Part shown: piece by piece, positions 28,238-38,544 of the stretch
Layout of the letters: every line of letters starts with the position of its first letter
Position numbering within the stretch: the first letter of the stretch is position 1
Assembly (NCBI GenBank): GCA_050008715.1
Contig: JBEKMC010000010.1
Location: forward strand, 10,545-74,544
Length of the DNA: 64,000 nucleotides
Origin: Acidimicrobiales bacterium
GTDB taxonomy: Bacteria; Actinomycetota; Acidimicrobiia; Acidimicrobiales; Bog-793
Direction: 5' to 3'
Notes under the pieces: model-generated
The model's input: only the letters and a program-made list of their open reading frames with translations
What the model was told of the DNA's origin: nothing
Databases searched by the model: none
Translations under genes and position numbers: made by a program

Positions 28238-29737
28238 ATGAACGTTCACGTGTCGATCGCGACCGCTGTGCCCGATGCCCCCGCCGGTCATTTCGTCTTC
28301 GAGGGCCTCGAGCCTGTCTCGGGCGGCCTGGAGCTGGATCGGCAGCAGTGCGAGTGGCGGTCGTTCTCTGGAAAGCCGGGCGAGTCGCTCGTCGAGCGTG
28401 AAGGTGACGGAGTGCGGGTGCTCGTGGGGATCGGCGAGCGCCCGGCGCTCTCGTCGAGAGCGCTGCGCCGCGGCGCCGCCACGTTCGCGCGGGCTTCGTC
28501 GTCCTGCCCGTCGGCGAGTCTTGACTTGAGCGCGCTGCCCTCGGCCGGCTTGAGCACGGTGGCGGCGGTGCAGGCGGCTGTGGAGGGGATCGGGGGAGCG
28601 ACGTACCGTTTCTCTCGCTACCGGAGTGCGGAAAGTCCAGCCGCCCTCGAGTCGGTAACGCTCCTCGTGGCCGAGAGCGACGTGGAGATCGCCAACGAGG
28701 CGTTGCGTCGGGGCGTGGCAATTGCCGACGCGGTGGCGCTTTCCCGTGATCTCGTCAACACGCCGGCGGCCGACATGACACCGTCGAGGCTCGCCGAGAT
28801 CGCCGGCGAGGTGGCCGCCTCCGGCGGTCTCGAGATCCGCGTCCTCGACGAGAGCGAGATCCGGGCCGAGCGCCTGGGCGGTCTGTTGGGCGTGGCGCGC
28901 GGCTCGGCCGAGGCGCCTCGGCTCATCAGGCTCACCTACGAGCCAACGGGGCCCAGTGCCGGGACGGCTCCCACGGTGGCCATCGTCGGAAAGGGCATCA
29001 CGTTCGACTCCGGCGGGCTGTCGCTCAAGTCCGGGGACGGGATGATGACGATGAAGGACGACATGAGCGGCGCCGCCGCGGTCATCGCCACACTCGGGGC
29101 CTGCCGAGCCGCCGGCGTGGGCGTGCGCGTGATCGGCATCGCACCGTGCACTGAGAACATGCCGAGTGGCACGGCCACCAAACCCGGCGACGTCCTCACG
29201 ATCCGCAACGGCAAGACGATCGAAGTCCTGAACACCGACGCCGAGGGGCGCCTCGTGCTGGCGGACGGCCTCTCCCTTGCGGCCGAGGCAGAGCCGGATG
29301 CCATCATCGACATCGCGACCCTCACCGGCGCTTGTGTCGTTGCTCTCGGAGGCGAGGTGGCCGGCGTCATGGGCAACGACTCGCGGCTCATGGCGGCGGT
29401 GGAGCAGGCGGCCGACCGCGCGGGGGAACCCGTATGGCACCTGCCGCTCCCGCAGTCCTACAAGAAGCTCCACGAGTCCACGGTCGCCGACATGAAGAAC
29501 ATCGGGCGCCCAGGCGGTCCAGGTGCGCTGCTGGCCGGCCTCATCCTGGAAGAGTTCGTCGGGGACAGGCCGTGGGCCCACATCGACATCGCCGGCCCGT
29601 CGTTCACGGACGAGGATTCCTACGACCAGCGCAAGGGTGGCACCGGTTTTGGCATTCGCACGATGATCGAGCTGTTGTCCAGATACGAGGCGATCGGCTC
29701 GCCGGCTGATCACGCCGCGGATGGGAGTGTCCGATGA
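28238..29737 (+). CDS. pepA: Leucyl aminopeptidase (M17)
   Basis: Frame of ORF 28193..29737 with the start at ATG 28238. M17 signature NTDAEGRLVLAD, plus VGKGITFDSGG and DMSGAA. Confidence 0.92.
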   Translation: MNVHVSIATAVPDAPAGHFVFEGLEPVSGGLELDRQQCEWRSFSGKPGESLVEREGDGVRVLVGIGERPALSSRALRRGAATFARASSSCPSASLDLSALPSAGLSTVAAVQAAVEGIGGATYRFSRYRSAESPAALESVTLLVAESDVEIANEALRRGVAIADAVALSRDLVNTPAADMTPSRLAEIAGEVAASGGLEIRVLDESEIRAERLGGLLGVARGSAEAPRLIRLTYEPTGPSAGTAPTVAIVGKGITFDSGGLSLKSGDGMMTMKDDMSGAAAVIATLGACRAAGVGVRVIGIAPCTENMPSGTATKPGDVLTIRNGKTIEVLNTDAEGRLVLADGLSLAAEAEPDAIIDIATLTGACVVALGGEVAGVMGNDSRLMAAVEQAADRAGEPVWHLPLPQSYKKLHESTVADMKNIGRPGGPGALLAGLILEEFVGDRPWAHIDIAGPSFTDEDSYDQRKGGTGFGIRTMIELLSRYEAIGSPADHAADGSVR

Positions 29738-30666
29738 CCGGTGTCCCGCCATCGGCACCCCGAACACCGCCGCGCCCGGCGGCACGCACCGCCGCTGCCA
29801 CGACGAGAACGCGCCGTGTCGGCGCGAATGCGGCCAAAGCCGCCGAGCCGGCTGCTGTTGTCGCAAAGCCTGCAGCATCTGCAGGCGGAGCGCCGGCCGC
29901 AGCCGCACCCGCACCCGCACCCGTGCATCCGGCGACGCTCGCCATCGACATCGGCGGGACCGGTCTCAAGGCATCGGTCTTGGACGCGCAGGGCCGTCTG
30001 CTTGCCGACCGCGTACGCGTGGTGACGACGTACCCGGTGACGCCGGAGCAGATGGTCGACGAGCTCGTCAAGCTCGTGAAGCCGCTCCCGACGGCTGACC
30101 GCGCGTCGGTGGGTTTCCCTGGCGTCGTCCGGAGGGGGCACATCCTCACCGCCCCGCACTTCGTGACGAAGTCGGGCCCGGGCTCAAAGGTGGTGAAGGA
30201 GCTGCTGGGCAAATGGACGGGTTACGACCTGGCCGAGTCGCTCGGGGCGAGGCTCGGGGTCCCCGTGCGCGTCGCCAACGACGCAGATCTGCAGGGCTGG
30301 GCGGTCGTTGCCGGTCGCGGAATCGAGATGGTCGTGACGCTCGGCACCGGCGTCGGCACTGCCGTCTTCGCCGACGGCAAGCTCGCCCCGCACCTCGAGC
30401 TCGCCCACCATCCCTTCCGCAAGGGCGAGACCTATAACGAGCAGTTGGGCGAGGCGGCCTTCAAGCGCGTCGGCGTGGCGAAGTGGCGCAAGCGCGTGCT
30501 CGAGGCGATCGGGAACTTCCAACGCCTCGTGAACTACGACAGCCTGTATCTGGGCGGCGGCAACGCCCGCCACATGCAGGGGCACCTGGACCCGTCGATC
30601 ACGATCGTGGACAACGTCGCCGGCATCGTCGGGGGAATCAAGCTCTGGGTGCACGGCGGCCACTGA
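29734..30666 (+). CDS. ppgK: Polyphosphate/ATP glucokinase (ROK family) with an Ala/Pro-rich N-terminal extension
   Basis: LAIDIGGTGLKASV phosphate-1 motif about 60 aa from the start. ANDADLQG and LGTGVGTA are present. ATGA overlap with pepA. Confidence 0.8.
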   Translation: MTGVPPSAPRTPPRPAARTAAATTRTRRVGANAAKAAEPAAVVAKPAASAGGAPAAAAPAPAPVHPATLAIDIGGTGLKASVLDAQGRLLADRVRVVTTYPVTPEQMVDELVKLVKPLPTADRASVGFPGVVRRGHILTAPHFVTKSGPGSKVVKELLGKWTGYDLAESLGARLGVPVRVANDADLQGWAVVAGRGIEMVVTLGTGVGTAVFADGKLAPHLELAHHPFRKGETYNEQLGEAAFKRVGVAKWRKRVLEAIGNFQRLVNYDSLYLGGGNARHMQGHLDPSITIVDNVAGIVGGIKLWVHGGH

Positions 30667-30813
30667 GGCGTCGTTGCGTGGAGCGGCGCGCTGCCGCGCA
30701 AGTTGGCTGGCCGGATGGTGCAGATACGCCGGCGGCCACGAGGAGCCCGCCAAGTTGCGCCGGCGGGTGCGGCGATCGCCCTGATCGCCCGTCGGCGGGT
30801 CCGGCGATCGTCC

Positions 30814-31374
30814 TCAGGTGCCGAGCCAGCTCGGCGATGCGTCCAGAAGGAAACGGGTCACCGCGAGCGCCCGGTCGAACGTGTCACACAGCAGTTCCTC
30901 GCCGGCGAGCACGCGCGCCAGCGACACCTGACGGCGGGCGACGATCGTGAGGCGGCGCACGGCGGCTTCGGTGACCGAGCCGAAGGAGTCCGTTGCCGAA
31001 ATCTCGAGCGGCAGCTCGAGACCGCCGACGCCGGACAGGTCGAGGGTGAGCCGGAGCAGATCTGGCGCGTTCGGTAGGGGAGGAACCCCCCAGTTGAACG
31101 TGAGCGGGAAGAACCACTTGTCCGGCGGGTCGGCGTCCTCGGGGAGGGCGACGACCGCATCCTCGAAGTCGAGCAGCACACGCGGCTCCACCTCGAGTGC
31201 GAGATGCAGGTCGATCGGCCCGCCGCAACCTTCCTCGGGGTGGAGATCCACCTCCCAGAACTGCCGGAGCGAGTACGTCTCCACGAAGTGCCGCTCGTCG
31301 TGCACGTGGAAACCGTGATCCACTGCATGATCTTTGAGCTCGGCCACGTAGCCGGCCACGTCAATGACCGCCAT
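30814..31374 (-). CDS. Hypothetical protein (acidic, cytoplasmic)
   Basis: 186-aa ORF with protein-like composition. The alternative overlapping ORFs are Arg/Pro-rich. No motif recognised. Confidence 0.55.
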   Translation of the reverse strand: MAVIDVAGYVAELKDHAVDHGFHVHDERHFVETYSLRQFWEVDLHPEEGCGGPIDLHLALEVEPRVLLDFEDAVVALPEDADPPDKWFFPLTFNWGVPPLPNAPDLLRLTLDLSGVGGLELPLEISATDSFGSVTEAAVRRLTIVARRQVSLARVLAGEELLCDTFDRALAVTRFLLDASPSWLGT

Positions 31375-31434
31375 GTCGTCGCAAGTGTATGCGCCGTTTG
31401 CGAACTACCGTGCCCGGTCGTGGACACAGCCTTG

Positions 31435-32175
31435 ATGATGGGTGTGCTCGGCGAGGCCGCTCGGCAGGTCGCGAGCGCCCTTGACGGCCTCCCCGACTGG
31501 GGTCTGGCGGGCACACGCCCTGGTCAGTACCGGTCTGACCTGGCTGCCGACCGGGTCGCCGTCGGGGTGTTGACCGGTGCGGGCTACTCAGTGATGAGTG
31601 AGGAGTCGGGATTGACCGAAGTCCCTTCCTCGCCCTTTCTTGCCGTTCTCGATCCCGTAGACGGTTCGACGAACGCCTCGAGGGGGCTTCCCTGGTACGC
31701 CACGAGCATTTGCGTTCTCGACGAGGCCGGTCCGCTGGCGGCGCTCGTGCTCAACCAGGCGACCGGGAGACGGTACGAGGCGACTCGTGGTGGCGGGGCG
31801 TATCGGGACGGCGCCCCCATCCGACCGTCGCAGTGCCGGGAGTTGCGTCGGGCCATCATCGGCATGTCGGGTTTCCCGGGGAAGTACCTCGGCTGGAAGC
31901 AGTACCGAGCGCTCGGGGCGGTGGCCCTCGATCTGTGCGCCGTGGCCGACGGCTCGCTCGACGGATATCTCGACTGCGGGTGGAACGCCCACGGTGGATG
32001 GGACTACCTCGGGGGCATGCTCGTGTGTCAGGAGGCAGGTGCCGGCGTGGCCGAGGCGCTCGGTCGCGATCTCGTGGTGCGTGGCCACGAGGATCGACGT
32101 GCGCCCATTGCGGCCGGGACGCCGGAGCTCCTCGATGCGCTCGTGGCCGCGCGCCGCAGCATCGAGCACCACTGA
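31435..32175 (+). CDS. Inositol monophosphatase/FBPase-family phosphatase
   Basis: Frame of ORF 31204..32175 with the start at ATG 31435. Motifs SEESG, LDPVDGSTN and WDYLGG. Confidence 0.85.
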   Translation: MMGVLGEAARQVASALDGLPDWGLAGTRPGQYRSDLAADRVAVGVLTGAGYSVMSEESGLTEVPSSPFLAVLDPVDGSTNASRGLPWYATSICVLDEAGPLAALVLNQATGRRYEATRGGGAYRDGAPIRPSQCRELRRAIIGMSGFPGKYLGWKQYRALGAVALDLCAVADGSLDGYLDCGWNAHGGWDYLGGMLVCQEAGAGVAEALGRDLVVRGHEDRRAPIAAGTPELLDALVAARRSIEHH

Positions 32176-32229
32176 CGGGACCGACAGAGAGGTAGGTCGG
32201 GGGTCCGCGGGACACTACCCTCGGCACAG

Positions 32230-32988
32230 ATGGATGACGACGCTCTGACCGAGGACTCGGCCACATCTCCCAAGCCGGTCCCGCTCCAGTTGCTTCTCGA
32301 TGTCCAGGCGCACGACCTGGCTCTCGACCGCATCGCCTATCGGCTGAGGGAGCTCCACGAGCGCGGCCGGCTGGCAGCAGTCGAGGCCGAGCGGGCGGAG
32401 TTGAGGCACCGGCTCGAGGCCACGGAAGCCGGCCGGGCGCAGTTGGCCCACCAACAAGACGAGCTCGAGCAGCACGTGCAGGCGCTCGTGTCCCGCATCG
32501 GCACCATCGAAGCCCGCTTGCGGTCCGGGGCGGCTGGGTCCTATCGCGACCAGGACGCGATGGCGAACGAGACACGCTCGCTCGACCACCAACGTCGCGA
32601 CTACGAGGATCGGGAGATCGAGATCATGGAACAGCTCGAGCCGATCGAGGCCGAGCTGGCGTCTATCGCGGCCCAGCTCGACCGCCTCGACACGGACACG
32701 TCAGCGGCATCGGAAGCCCTCGCAAGGGCTGAGGCGGAACTCGCCGCCGAGCGTGAGGCGGTGTTGGCGGAGCGGGCGCCGCTCGCGGCGGCGCTGCCAT
32801 CGGACCTGGCGGCATCGTATGAGCGCTTGCGCTCGAAGCTCGGCGGGATCGGAGCCGCCAAGCTCGTCGACGGTGCCTGTAGCGGATGCCACCTGCGGCT
32901 GCCGGCGCTGGAGCGCGACCAGGTCCGGCACGCGCCGCCCGGCACCGTGTTCTCCTGTGACCAGTGCGGCCGGATCCTGGTTCCGTGA
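32230..32988 (+). CDS. Coiled-coil protein with C-terminal C4 zinc ribbon (COG1579/DUF164-like)
   Basis: Long heptad-rich region followed by CSGCHLRL...(21 aa)...CDQCGRILV. Confidence 0.8.
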   Translation: MDDDALTEDSATSPKPVPLQLLLDVQAHDLALDRIAYRLRELHERGRLAAVEAERAELRHRLEATEAGRAQLAHQQDELEQHVQALVSRIGTIEARLRSGAAGSYRDQDAMANETRSLDHQRRDYEDREIEIMEQLEPIEAELASIAAQLDRLDTDTSAASEALARAEAELAAEREAVLAERAPLAAALPSDLAASYERLRSKLGGIGAAKLVDGACSGCHLRLPALERDQVRHAPPGTVFSCDQCGRILVP

Positions 32989-33004
32989 GGACGTCCGTCG
33001 TCTC

Positions 33005-33652
33005 GTGCTGATTCTCGTCCGGCACGGGCAGAGCGAGGCGAACGCCGCCGGCGTGCTGCTCGGCCGGACGGATTCGGAGTTGACCGACCTCGGCCGCCTG
33101 CAGGCCAGCCGGATCGGACATGCATTGGCCCGGTCCGTGCGGCACGTCTCGGGCGGTGGCGACGATGGCCCCGGCGTCCGGGTACCGATCCGCATTCTCA
33201 CGAGCCCGCTGGTGAGGGCGCGACTGACCGCAAAGATCATCAGCGAGGTGCTCGGTCCAGGCGTTCCCCAGCCGGAGGTGGAGGAGCGTTTGATCGAGCT
33301 CGACTACGGCGAGCTCGACGGGAAGCGACCGGCGGACCTTGCGCCGGGGGTCTGGTCTGGCTGGCGTTCCGATCCGACGTGGCGTCCTTCCGGGGGCGAA
33401 TCGTTCGTCGATCTCCATGCGCGTGTCGATCCGCTCTGGGCGTCGCTAGCGGAGGAGGCGGCGGCGGGCGACGTGATCGCCGTCAGCCATGTGTCGCCGA
33501 TCAAGGCGGCAGTCGCCTGGACACTCGGCGCTGGCCCTGAGCTCGCCTGGAAGTTGTCGCTCGGCGTCGCCGCCATCACCCGCATCTCCTTCGGTGGTAG
33601 GGCGCCGGCACTCGTGAGCTTCGGCGAGACGGACCACCTGAGCGGGATCTGA
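33005..33652 (+). CDS. Histidine phosphatase family protein (CobC/acid-phosphatase-like)
   Basis: Frame of ORF 32753..33652. GTG 33005 gives an N-terminus of (M)LILVRHGQSEANA. A downstream SHVSPIK is present. Confidence 0.78.
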   Translation: MLILVRHGQSEANAAGVLLGRTDSELTDLGRLQASRIGHALARSVRHVSGGGDDGPGVRVPIRILTSPLVRARLTAKIISEVLGPGVPQPEVEERLIELDYGELDGKRPADLAPGVWSGWRSDPTWRPSGGESFVDLHARVDPLWASLAEEAAAGDVIAVSHVSPIKAAVAWTLGAGPELAWKLSLGVAAITRISFGGRAPALVSFGETDHLSGI

Positions 33653-33713
33653 GTCGGTGGCGCGTCGCCGTCCGCTTGCGCCGGCTCGGGCTGTCCCGTG
33701 AGACAATGACCTG

Positions 33714-34088
<375 letters not shown>

Positions 34089-34214
34089 ACACACCGGCCT
34101 GTAGGTGCGCTAAAATATGCTCTGGCCTGCGACTTTGTCCTCTCCGCTGGTAGCCGTTGGTGACCGAAAAACACCGCAGAACCTGGCGCAGTTCGCGTCC
34201 AACGCCCGCGACGC

Positions 34215-34469
34215 GTGAGCCGTCCGCCTCTCCGGGCGGAGCACGTGCTGGCTGCGCTCAACTGTCATGGCGTCGAGTACCTGATCATCGGCGCCTTCGC
34301 CGCCATCGCCCAGGGAGCGCCGATCGACGCGACCTATGACGTGGACGTCACACCGAGGCGAAGCCCTGAGAATCTTCGGCGGCTCTCCGATGCCCTCCGG
34401 GACTTGGGCGCACGGATCCGTGTCTGTTGCGATATCGCCATATCCAGTGCGATGAGCAATATGTGGTGA
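34215..34469 (+). pseudogene. Possible truncated nucleotidyltransferase-fold gene fragment
   Basis: 84-aa ORF whose segment LIIGAFAAIAQGAPIDATYDVDV resembles a minimal NTase G-x(n)-DxD N-terminal half. The ORF ends inside the hipB operator region, well short of a typical full domain. Confidence 0.3.
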
Positions 34470-34516
34470 TATCGCCACATTGCCTACTACACTCCATAAT
34501 GTTGCGATAGCACAAC
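34429..34516 (+). promoter_or_regulatory. hipBA promoter/operator region: three GCGATA-core palindromic boxes plus -35/-10 candidates
   Basis: GCGATATCGC (34429-38, perfect palindrome), TGGTGATATCGCCA (34464-77) and GTTGCGATAGCACAAC (34501-16). Candidate -35 is TCGCCA (34472-77) and candidate -10 is CATAAT (34495-500). RBS AGGAGG precedes ATG 34533. Confidence 0.5.
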
Positions 34517-34532
34517 AGGAGGACTTGGGCAG

Positions 34533-34772
34533 ATGTGGTTCCGAATCAGCAACGACAAGAGCCTCTCGGACACTCTTGCGGCAATTCGGCGGGAAAGCGG
34601 CGTCTCGCAGGCAGAGCTTGCGGAGCGGATCCAATCGGACCGAACCACCGTGGTCCGTCTCGAGAGCGGACGCCTCGAGGCGTTCACTCGTCTCACCTCC
34701 GCCTTCGCCATGCTCGGGTATGACCTGATCGCGGTTCCCCGTGGTGCGACCGTGACCGTGGAGGAGCGCTGA
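34533..34772 (+). CDS. hipB: XRE-family HTH antitoxin (HipB-like)
   Basis: 79 aa with the HTH SQAELAERIQSDRTTVVRLESG. Its stop overlaps the hipA ATG (TGATG). Confidence 0.8.
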   Translation: MWFRISNDKSLSDTLAAIRRESGVSQAELAERIQSDRTTVVRLESGRLEAFTRLTSAFAMLGYDLIAVPRGATVTVEER

Positions 34773-36013
34773 TGGCGGATCGCACTCTCAACGTCTGGCT
34801 CGGCGGTCAACAGGTCGCGGTGCTTCATCAGGGCCGTGCCGATCTCACCCTCGAATACCTCGGCAACGAGGTCGCCCGATCGGGTACTGGCTCTGTCGTA
34901 CTCTCAGCTTCGCTCCTCGTCCGACGGCGCCCGTATGTTGGCAATTCAGTCGTGTACTGGCTTGAGGGTCTGCTTCCGGAGGGTGAGGCGCGGACCACGC
35001 TCGAAGCCATGCACAATGTCCGGCGAGGCGACACGTTCGGTCTCCTCGCGGCAATCGGGCGCGAATGCGCCGGCGCGATCTCCTTCCATCCAGAAGGAGC
35101 AGCGCCGAGCGGGCCCGGCACACCTCGGCCGATTACCCAAGACGAGCTCGCTCAGGCGATCGTCGATCTCCCGGCTCACCCTCTCGGTGCAAGTGAGGAG
35201 ACGGGGATTTCACTCGGTGGCCTCCAGAGCAAGCTCCTCGTCTGTCGCGTAGACGACGGTTGGGGACTACCAACGGACGGCGCTCCGAGCACGCACATCA
35301 TGAAGCCAGAGCCTGCGGAGCATCCCGGGCTCGCCGCAGGCGAGGAGTACTCCATGCGACTCGGCCGAGCTGCAGGAATCGACACGGCAGGCGCTGACCT
35401 CTTGATGATTGCTGGGCGCCGCGTGCTCGTCGTCGAACGCTTCGACCGTGAATACGTGGACGGGGCCATCCAGCGTCTCCACCAAGAGGACGCATGCCAG
35501 GCGCTCGGGCTCGACTCACGCGATCGTAAGAAGTACCAAGAGGCCACTGGCGGCCCTTCTTACGGACAAATGGCTGCGCTGCTCAGGGCGCACGCCATCG
35601 ACGTTTCGAGCGAGCTCAAGAAGTTGGCCAAGGCGATGATCCTCACGGTTGCCGTCGGCAACACCGATGCCCACGGAAAGAACCACGGCTTCCTCATCAA
35701 GAACGGAAGCCTCTCCTTCTCACCGGTCTACGACATGGCTCCCACCGTGCAGTTCGTCACGAGGCGCACGCTCGCCCTGTTTGTCGGAGGCGAAAACCGC
35801 TTGTGGCGAGTCACGAAGATGCACCTCGAGCTCGAGGCTCGATCGTGGGGCTTGAGCGGTCGCGAGGCCGTAGACGCCGTCGAAGAAACGACGTCGAAGA
35901 TCGTTTATGCGCTCGACGACATGAGTGAGGGCGAGGCGGCCCGAGAGGTAATTGGTTCGATCCGAGAGTGCGCGTTGCGCCTCGCGGCGAGTAACTCCCT
36001 CTCGACGAGCTGA
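34772..36013 (+). CDS. hipA: HipA-family serine/threonine kinase toxin
   Basis: N-terminal coupling domain (WLEGLLPEG, RECAGAISF), GGLQSKLL, HIMKPE, ERFDR, catalytic GNTDAHGKNHGF, and SPVYDMAPT. Confidence 0.9.
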   Translation: MADRTLNVWLGGQQVAVLHQGRADLTLEYLGNEVARSGTGSVVLSASLLVRRRPYVGNSVVYWLEGLLPEGEARTTLEAMHNVRRGDTFGLLAAIGRECAGAISFHPEGAAPSGPGTPRPITQDELAQAIVDLPAHPLGASEETGISLGGLQSKLLVCRVDDGWGLPTDGAPSTHIMKPEPAEHPGLAAGEEYSMRLGRAAGIDTAGADLLMIAGRRVLVVERFDREYVDGAIQRLHQEDACQALGLDSRDRKKYQEATGGPSYGQMAALLRAHAIDVSSELKKLAKAMILTVAVGNTDAHGKNHGFLIKNGSLSFSPVYDMAPTVQFVTRRTLALFVGGENRLWRVTKMHLELEARSWGLSGREAVDAVEETTSKIVYALDDMSEGEAAREVIGSIRECALRLAASNSLSTS

Positions 36014-36241
36014 GGAGCAACTCCCCGCGCTCCGCCGGTTCCTCCGCGACCACGGCAGCGGATGATCCTGGAGGCCCGCGTGCTCGCTCCTGGCCCATCC
36101 GGGAACGTGTCGCGGAGCGGCTCGGAGCGGCTGGCTGACCCTCTTCGCACCTGGCGAATCACCGGCGAGCTGAGGACCAGCTGAGGACTGGGCCGATTTT
36201 TTGACCGCGAAAGTGCTGGTCACAGCCATGTTTGGCCTGTT

Positions 36242-36273
36242 CCCCGCCCATAGGCCGACTCGCCACATTCACC
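36242..36273 (+). repeat. Direct repeat, right copy (orphan duplicate of the rnpB 3' end)
   Basis: ccccgccCataggccgactcgccacaTTcacc. No upstream RNase P sequence accompanies it. Confidence 0.85.
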
Positions 36274-36459
36274 CGCTTGAGCAGGATACTTGCAGCTACG
36301 AAGGCGGGCTTGTCCGCGGAATGTCCGCACGGGTGCTGTGCGAGTCGGACGCCCGATGAACGGCAGCACATGGCGCCGCAGGTGAGTTCGACTTGGGCGG
36401 CCGTGCTCGCACGGTGGGCCTTTACGGCTCGCCATCCTAGCGGTGCGTCGCCGAACCCT

Positions 36460-37518
36460 TCAGCCGCTGATGACCGTCAGCTCACCTTCGTTGCCGTTGT
36501 CCTCGTCTGCCCAGTAGACGTAGATCCTGTCCGTCGACGGATCAACTCTGGCCGTGGCCGGCCCCTCGCCTACCACGATCCTCGCGATGATCTTGTGCGT
36601 GGCGGCGTTGACAGCCGTCACCGTGTCGCTTCCGAAGTCCGGCACGTACACCGTGTCGGTCGAAGCATCGACATCGAGCTGGGCTGGTTGGCCTCCCACT
36701 GACTCGGTGCGAATGACCGTGTTGTGCTTGCCGTTGATCACCGACATCGTGTCGGCGCCATTGTTGCTGACGTAGACGTCATCGCTCGATTGATCGACGG
36801 CGATGCCGTCGACGAAGCCACCGTTGTCGACCCCGACCTTGATTTTGGCGACCTGCCTGTTTCGCTTCCCGCTCACGACCGACACGAATCCAGCCGCCGT
36901 GAGGTGGTCTACATAGACGGTGTCAGTCGCCGAGTCCACGGCGAGGTCGTCAGGCTCGGCTCCCACCTTGACGGTCGCGGTCACCTTGTTCCTCTTGCCG
37001 CTGATGACCGAGACAGTCCCCGAATATTCGTTCGCAACGTAGATGGTGTCAGTGGTCGTGTCTACCCCGATGCCGTGAGGGCCACTGCCGACCCTGACGG
37101 TGGCAACGACCTTGTTTGTCTTGCCGTTGATGACGGTCACCGACCCTCGAATGGAGTTGTTGCTGGCGTAGACGAGGTCTGTCTTTGGATCCACTGCGAG
37201 TCCCCAAATGGTCGAAGGAGTCTCGATCGTGCGGGTGAACTTGTTCGTCTTGGCGTCGAAGACGCACACGTCGAGAGTCCCTGAGACATAGACCGTGTCG
37301 GACGTGCTGTCCACCGCAACGCCGCCTCCGCTGCTGCACTCAGAGGTGGCGACGGTCGCGATCACCGTCGGTCGCCCTGCAGGAGAGGCCGATGCATTCC
37401 CGCCACCGATCAACGCCACCAGCACGATCAGGCCGGTGGCCCCTGCCACCGTCCTCCTCGACCATCGAGGCCGTCTCGCCTGCACCGATCGTCTGGCCTG
37501 AGTCGAGTTCTCTGTCAT
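36460..37518 (-). CDS. Secreted YVTN/YncE-type beta-propeller repeat protein
   Basis: Frame of ORF 36460..37662 with the start at ATG 37518. TM/signal segment GATGLIVLVALIGGGNASA. About seven ~40-aa repeats of the type D..TDTVYV.N..S.TVSVI.GK.NKV. Confidence 0.8.
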   Translation of the reverse strand: MTENSTQARRSVQARRPRWSRRTVAGATGLIVLVALIGGGNASASPAGRPTVIATVATSECSSGGGVAVDSTSDTVYVSGTLDVCVFDAKTNKFTRTIETPSTIWGLAVDPKTDLVYASNNSIRGSVTVINGKTNKVVATVRVGSGPHGIGVDTTTDTIYVANEYSGTVSVISGKRNKVTATVKVGAEPDDLAVDSATDTVYVDHLTAAGFVSVVSGKRNRQVAKIKVGVDNGGFVDGIAVDQSSDDVYVSNNGADTMSVINGKHNTVIRTESVGGQPAQLDVDASTDTVYVPDFGSDTVTAVNAATHKIIARIVVGEGPATARVDPSTDRIYVYWADEDNGNEGELTVISG

Positions 37519-37820
37519 GATCCCATCCCTCTTCCGTAGCTCGAGCCAAAGCGGCCACCTGTGACGCGCGCCTCGCAGCGGGGTCGGCAAAGAGTAGATC
37601 CCTCGACGGCCCCCCGTTCTTTGGTCCATGATTGCGCGCGCAACCAACGTAGGACGGTGCATCCCAACTTCGTCAAGGCATTGATGGACGCTGACCTAGC
37701 GATCCCCGACTTCGTGCCAGCTCGGCCGGCGTGGATGGAGCGAGTGCTCGCGAATGTTCGCCCGCCTGGAACGGCTCGATCCGGGCACCTTCGCTCGAAG
37801 TCGTGAATGTCGCTGGGGAC

Positions 37821-38333
37821 TCAGCTGTCGGGCGTGACCGCATCCAATCGGCGCCGAACCTCCGACGTGTCCACGCCGAGAGCGCCCAGCAGCACCGCCG
37901 CAGCATCTGGTGGTTGGAGAGTGAGGATCTGGGCCAGTACCTGCTGGGCCGTGACGTAGAGCCTCCGACGGTTGGACTTCGACGCTTCCTCGAGCACTTT
38001 CTTTGCCGCGGGCGTGATGCGGAGGCGATCTTTTTGCGCGACGTCCCTGAGCCTCGGCTTCCTCGGCACGGCGCGCATCGGCAGTGGGGGAGCGTCGGCG
38101 CCGGGCCCCAGGCCCAGGGCACCCAGGGCTTCGTGATCGAGCGACGCAAGCGCCTGGCGAGCTTGCTGCAGGTTCACGCCCAACACGACTTCGACCGAGG
38201 GATCCTCGAACAAGGCGAGCAGGAGGTGATCGGTGCCATATCGGCGATCACCTCGGCGACGAGCCTCCTCAGCGGCCTGCATACAGATGGCCCAGGCGTG
38301 AAGCGTCTCTGGCGCAACGGATTCGGTGGTCAT
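37821..38333 (-). CDS. Stand-alone Clp_N (Clp R) double-repeat domain protein
   Basis: Frame of ORF 37821..38405 with the start at ATG 38333. Repeat 1 is GTDHLLLALFEDPS...; repeat 2 is ITPAAKKVLEEA...VTAQQVLAQIL. No AAA+ module follows. Confidence 0.75.
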   Translation of the reverse strand: MTTESVAPETLHAWAICMQAAEEARRRGDRRYGTDHLLLALFEDPSVEVVLGVNLQQARQALASLDHEALGALGLGPGADAPPLPMRAVPRKPRLRDVAQKDRLRITPAAKKVLEEASKSNRRRLYVTAQQVLAQILTLQPPDAAAVLLGALGVDTSEVRRRLDAVTPDS

Positions 38334-38542
38334 GATGACTCCTTGCTGTACTTGGCATGTGCGGATTGGCGCGTGACGCCCAAAGCGTCTCCGATCTGCT
38401 GCCACGACCAGCCTTTTTCCCGGGCCGAGGCGACGTGGTGCGCTTCGACCCTCTCAGCCAGGCGATGTAGCGCCAACGAGGCGCGAAGGCCAATTGCCGG
38501 GTCATCCGACGAGAGATTCAGGTTGAGGTCTTCGACATCCAT
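38330..38542 (-). CDS. Small HTH DNA-binding protein (70 aa)
   Basis: The last 71 codons of ORF 38330..39439, starting at ATG 38542. HTH is GWSWQQIGDALGVTRQSAHAKY. ATGA overlap with the Clp_N gene. Confidence 0.7.
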   Translation of the reverse strand: MDVEDLNLNLSSDDPAIGLRASLALHRLAERVEAHHVASAREKGWSWQQIGDALGVTRQSAHAKYSKESS

Positions 38543-38544
38543 GA

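Noticed and set aside
28145-29920. 591-aa minus-strand ORF opposite pepA.
   Set aside because: Antisense artefact. The plus strand has the M17 signature NTDAEGRL.
34096-36241. Integrase, recombinase or transposase within the repeat-bounded islet.
   Set aside because: None of the six-frame ORFs in the interval shows tyrosine- or serine-recombinase or DDE hallmarks. Only the NTase-like fragment, hipB and hipA look coding.
36232-36702. 156-aa plus-strand ORF beginning at the right att-like repeat.
   Set aside because: Most of it is antisense to the well-supported YVTN propeller gene, and its composition is poor.
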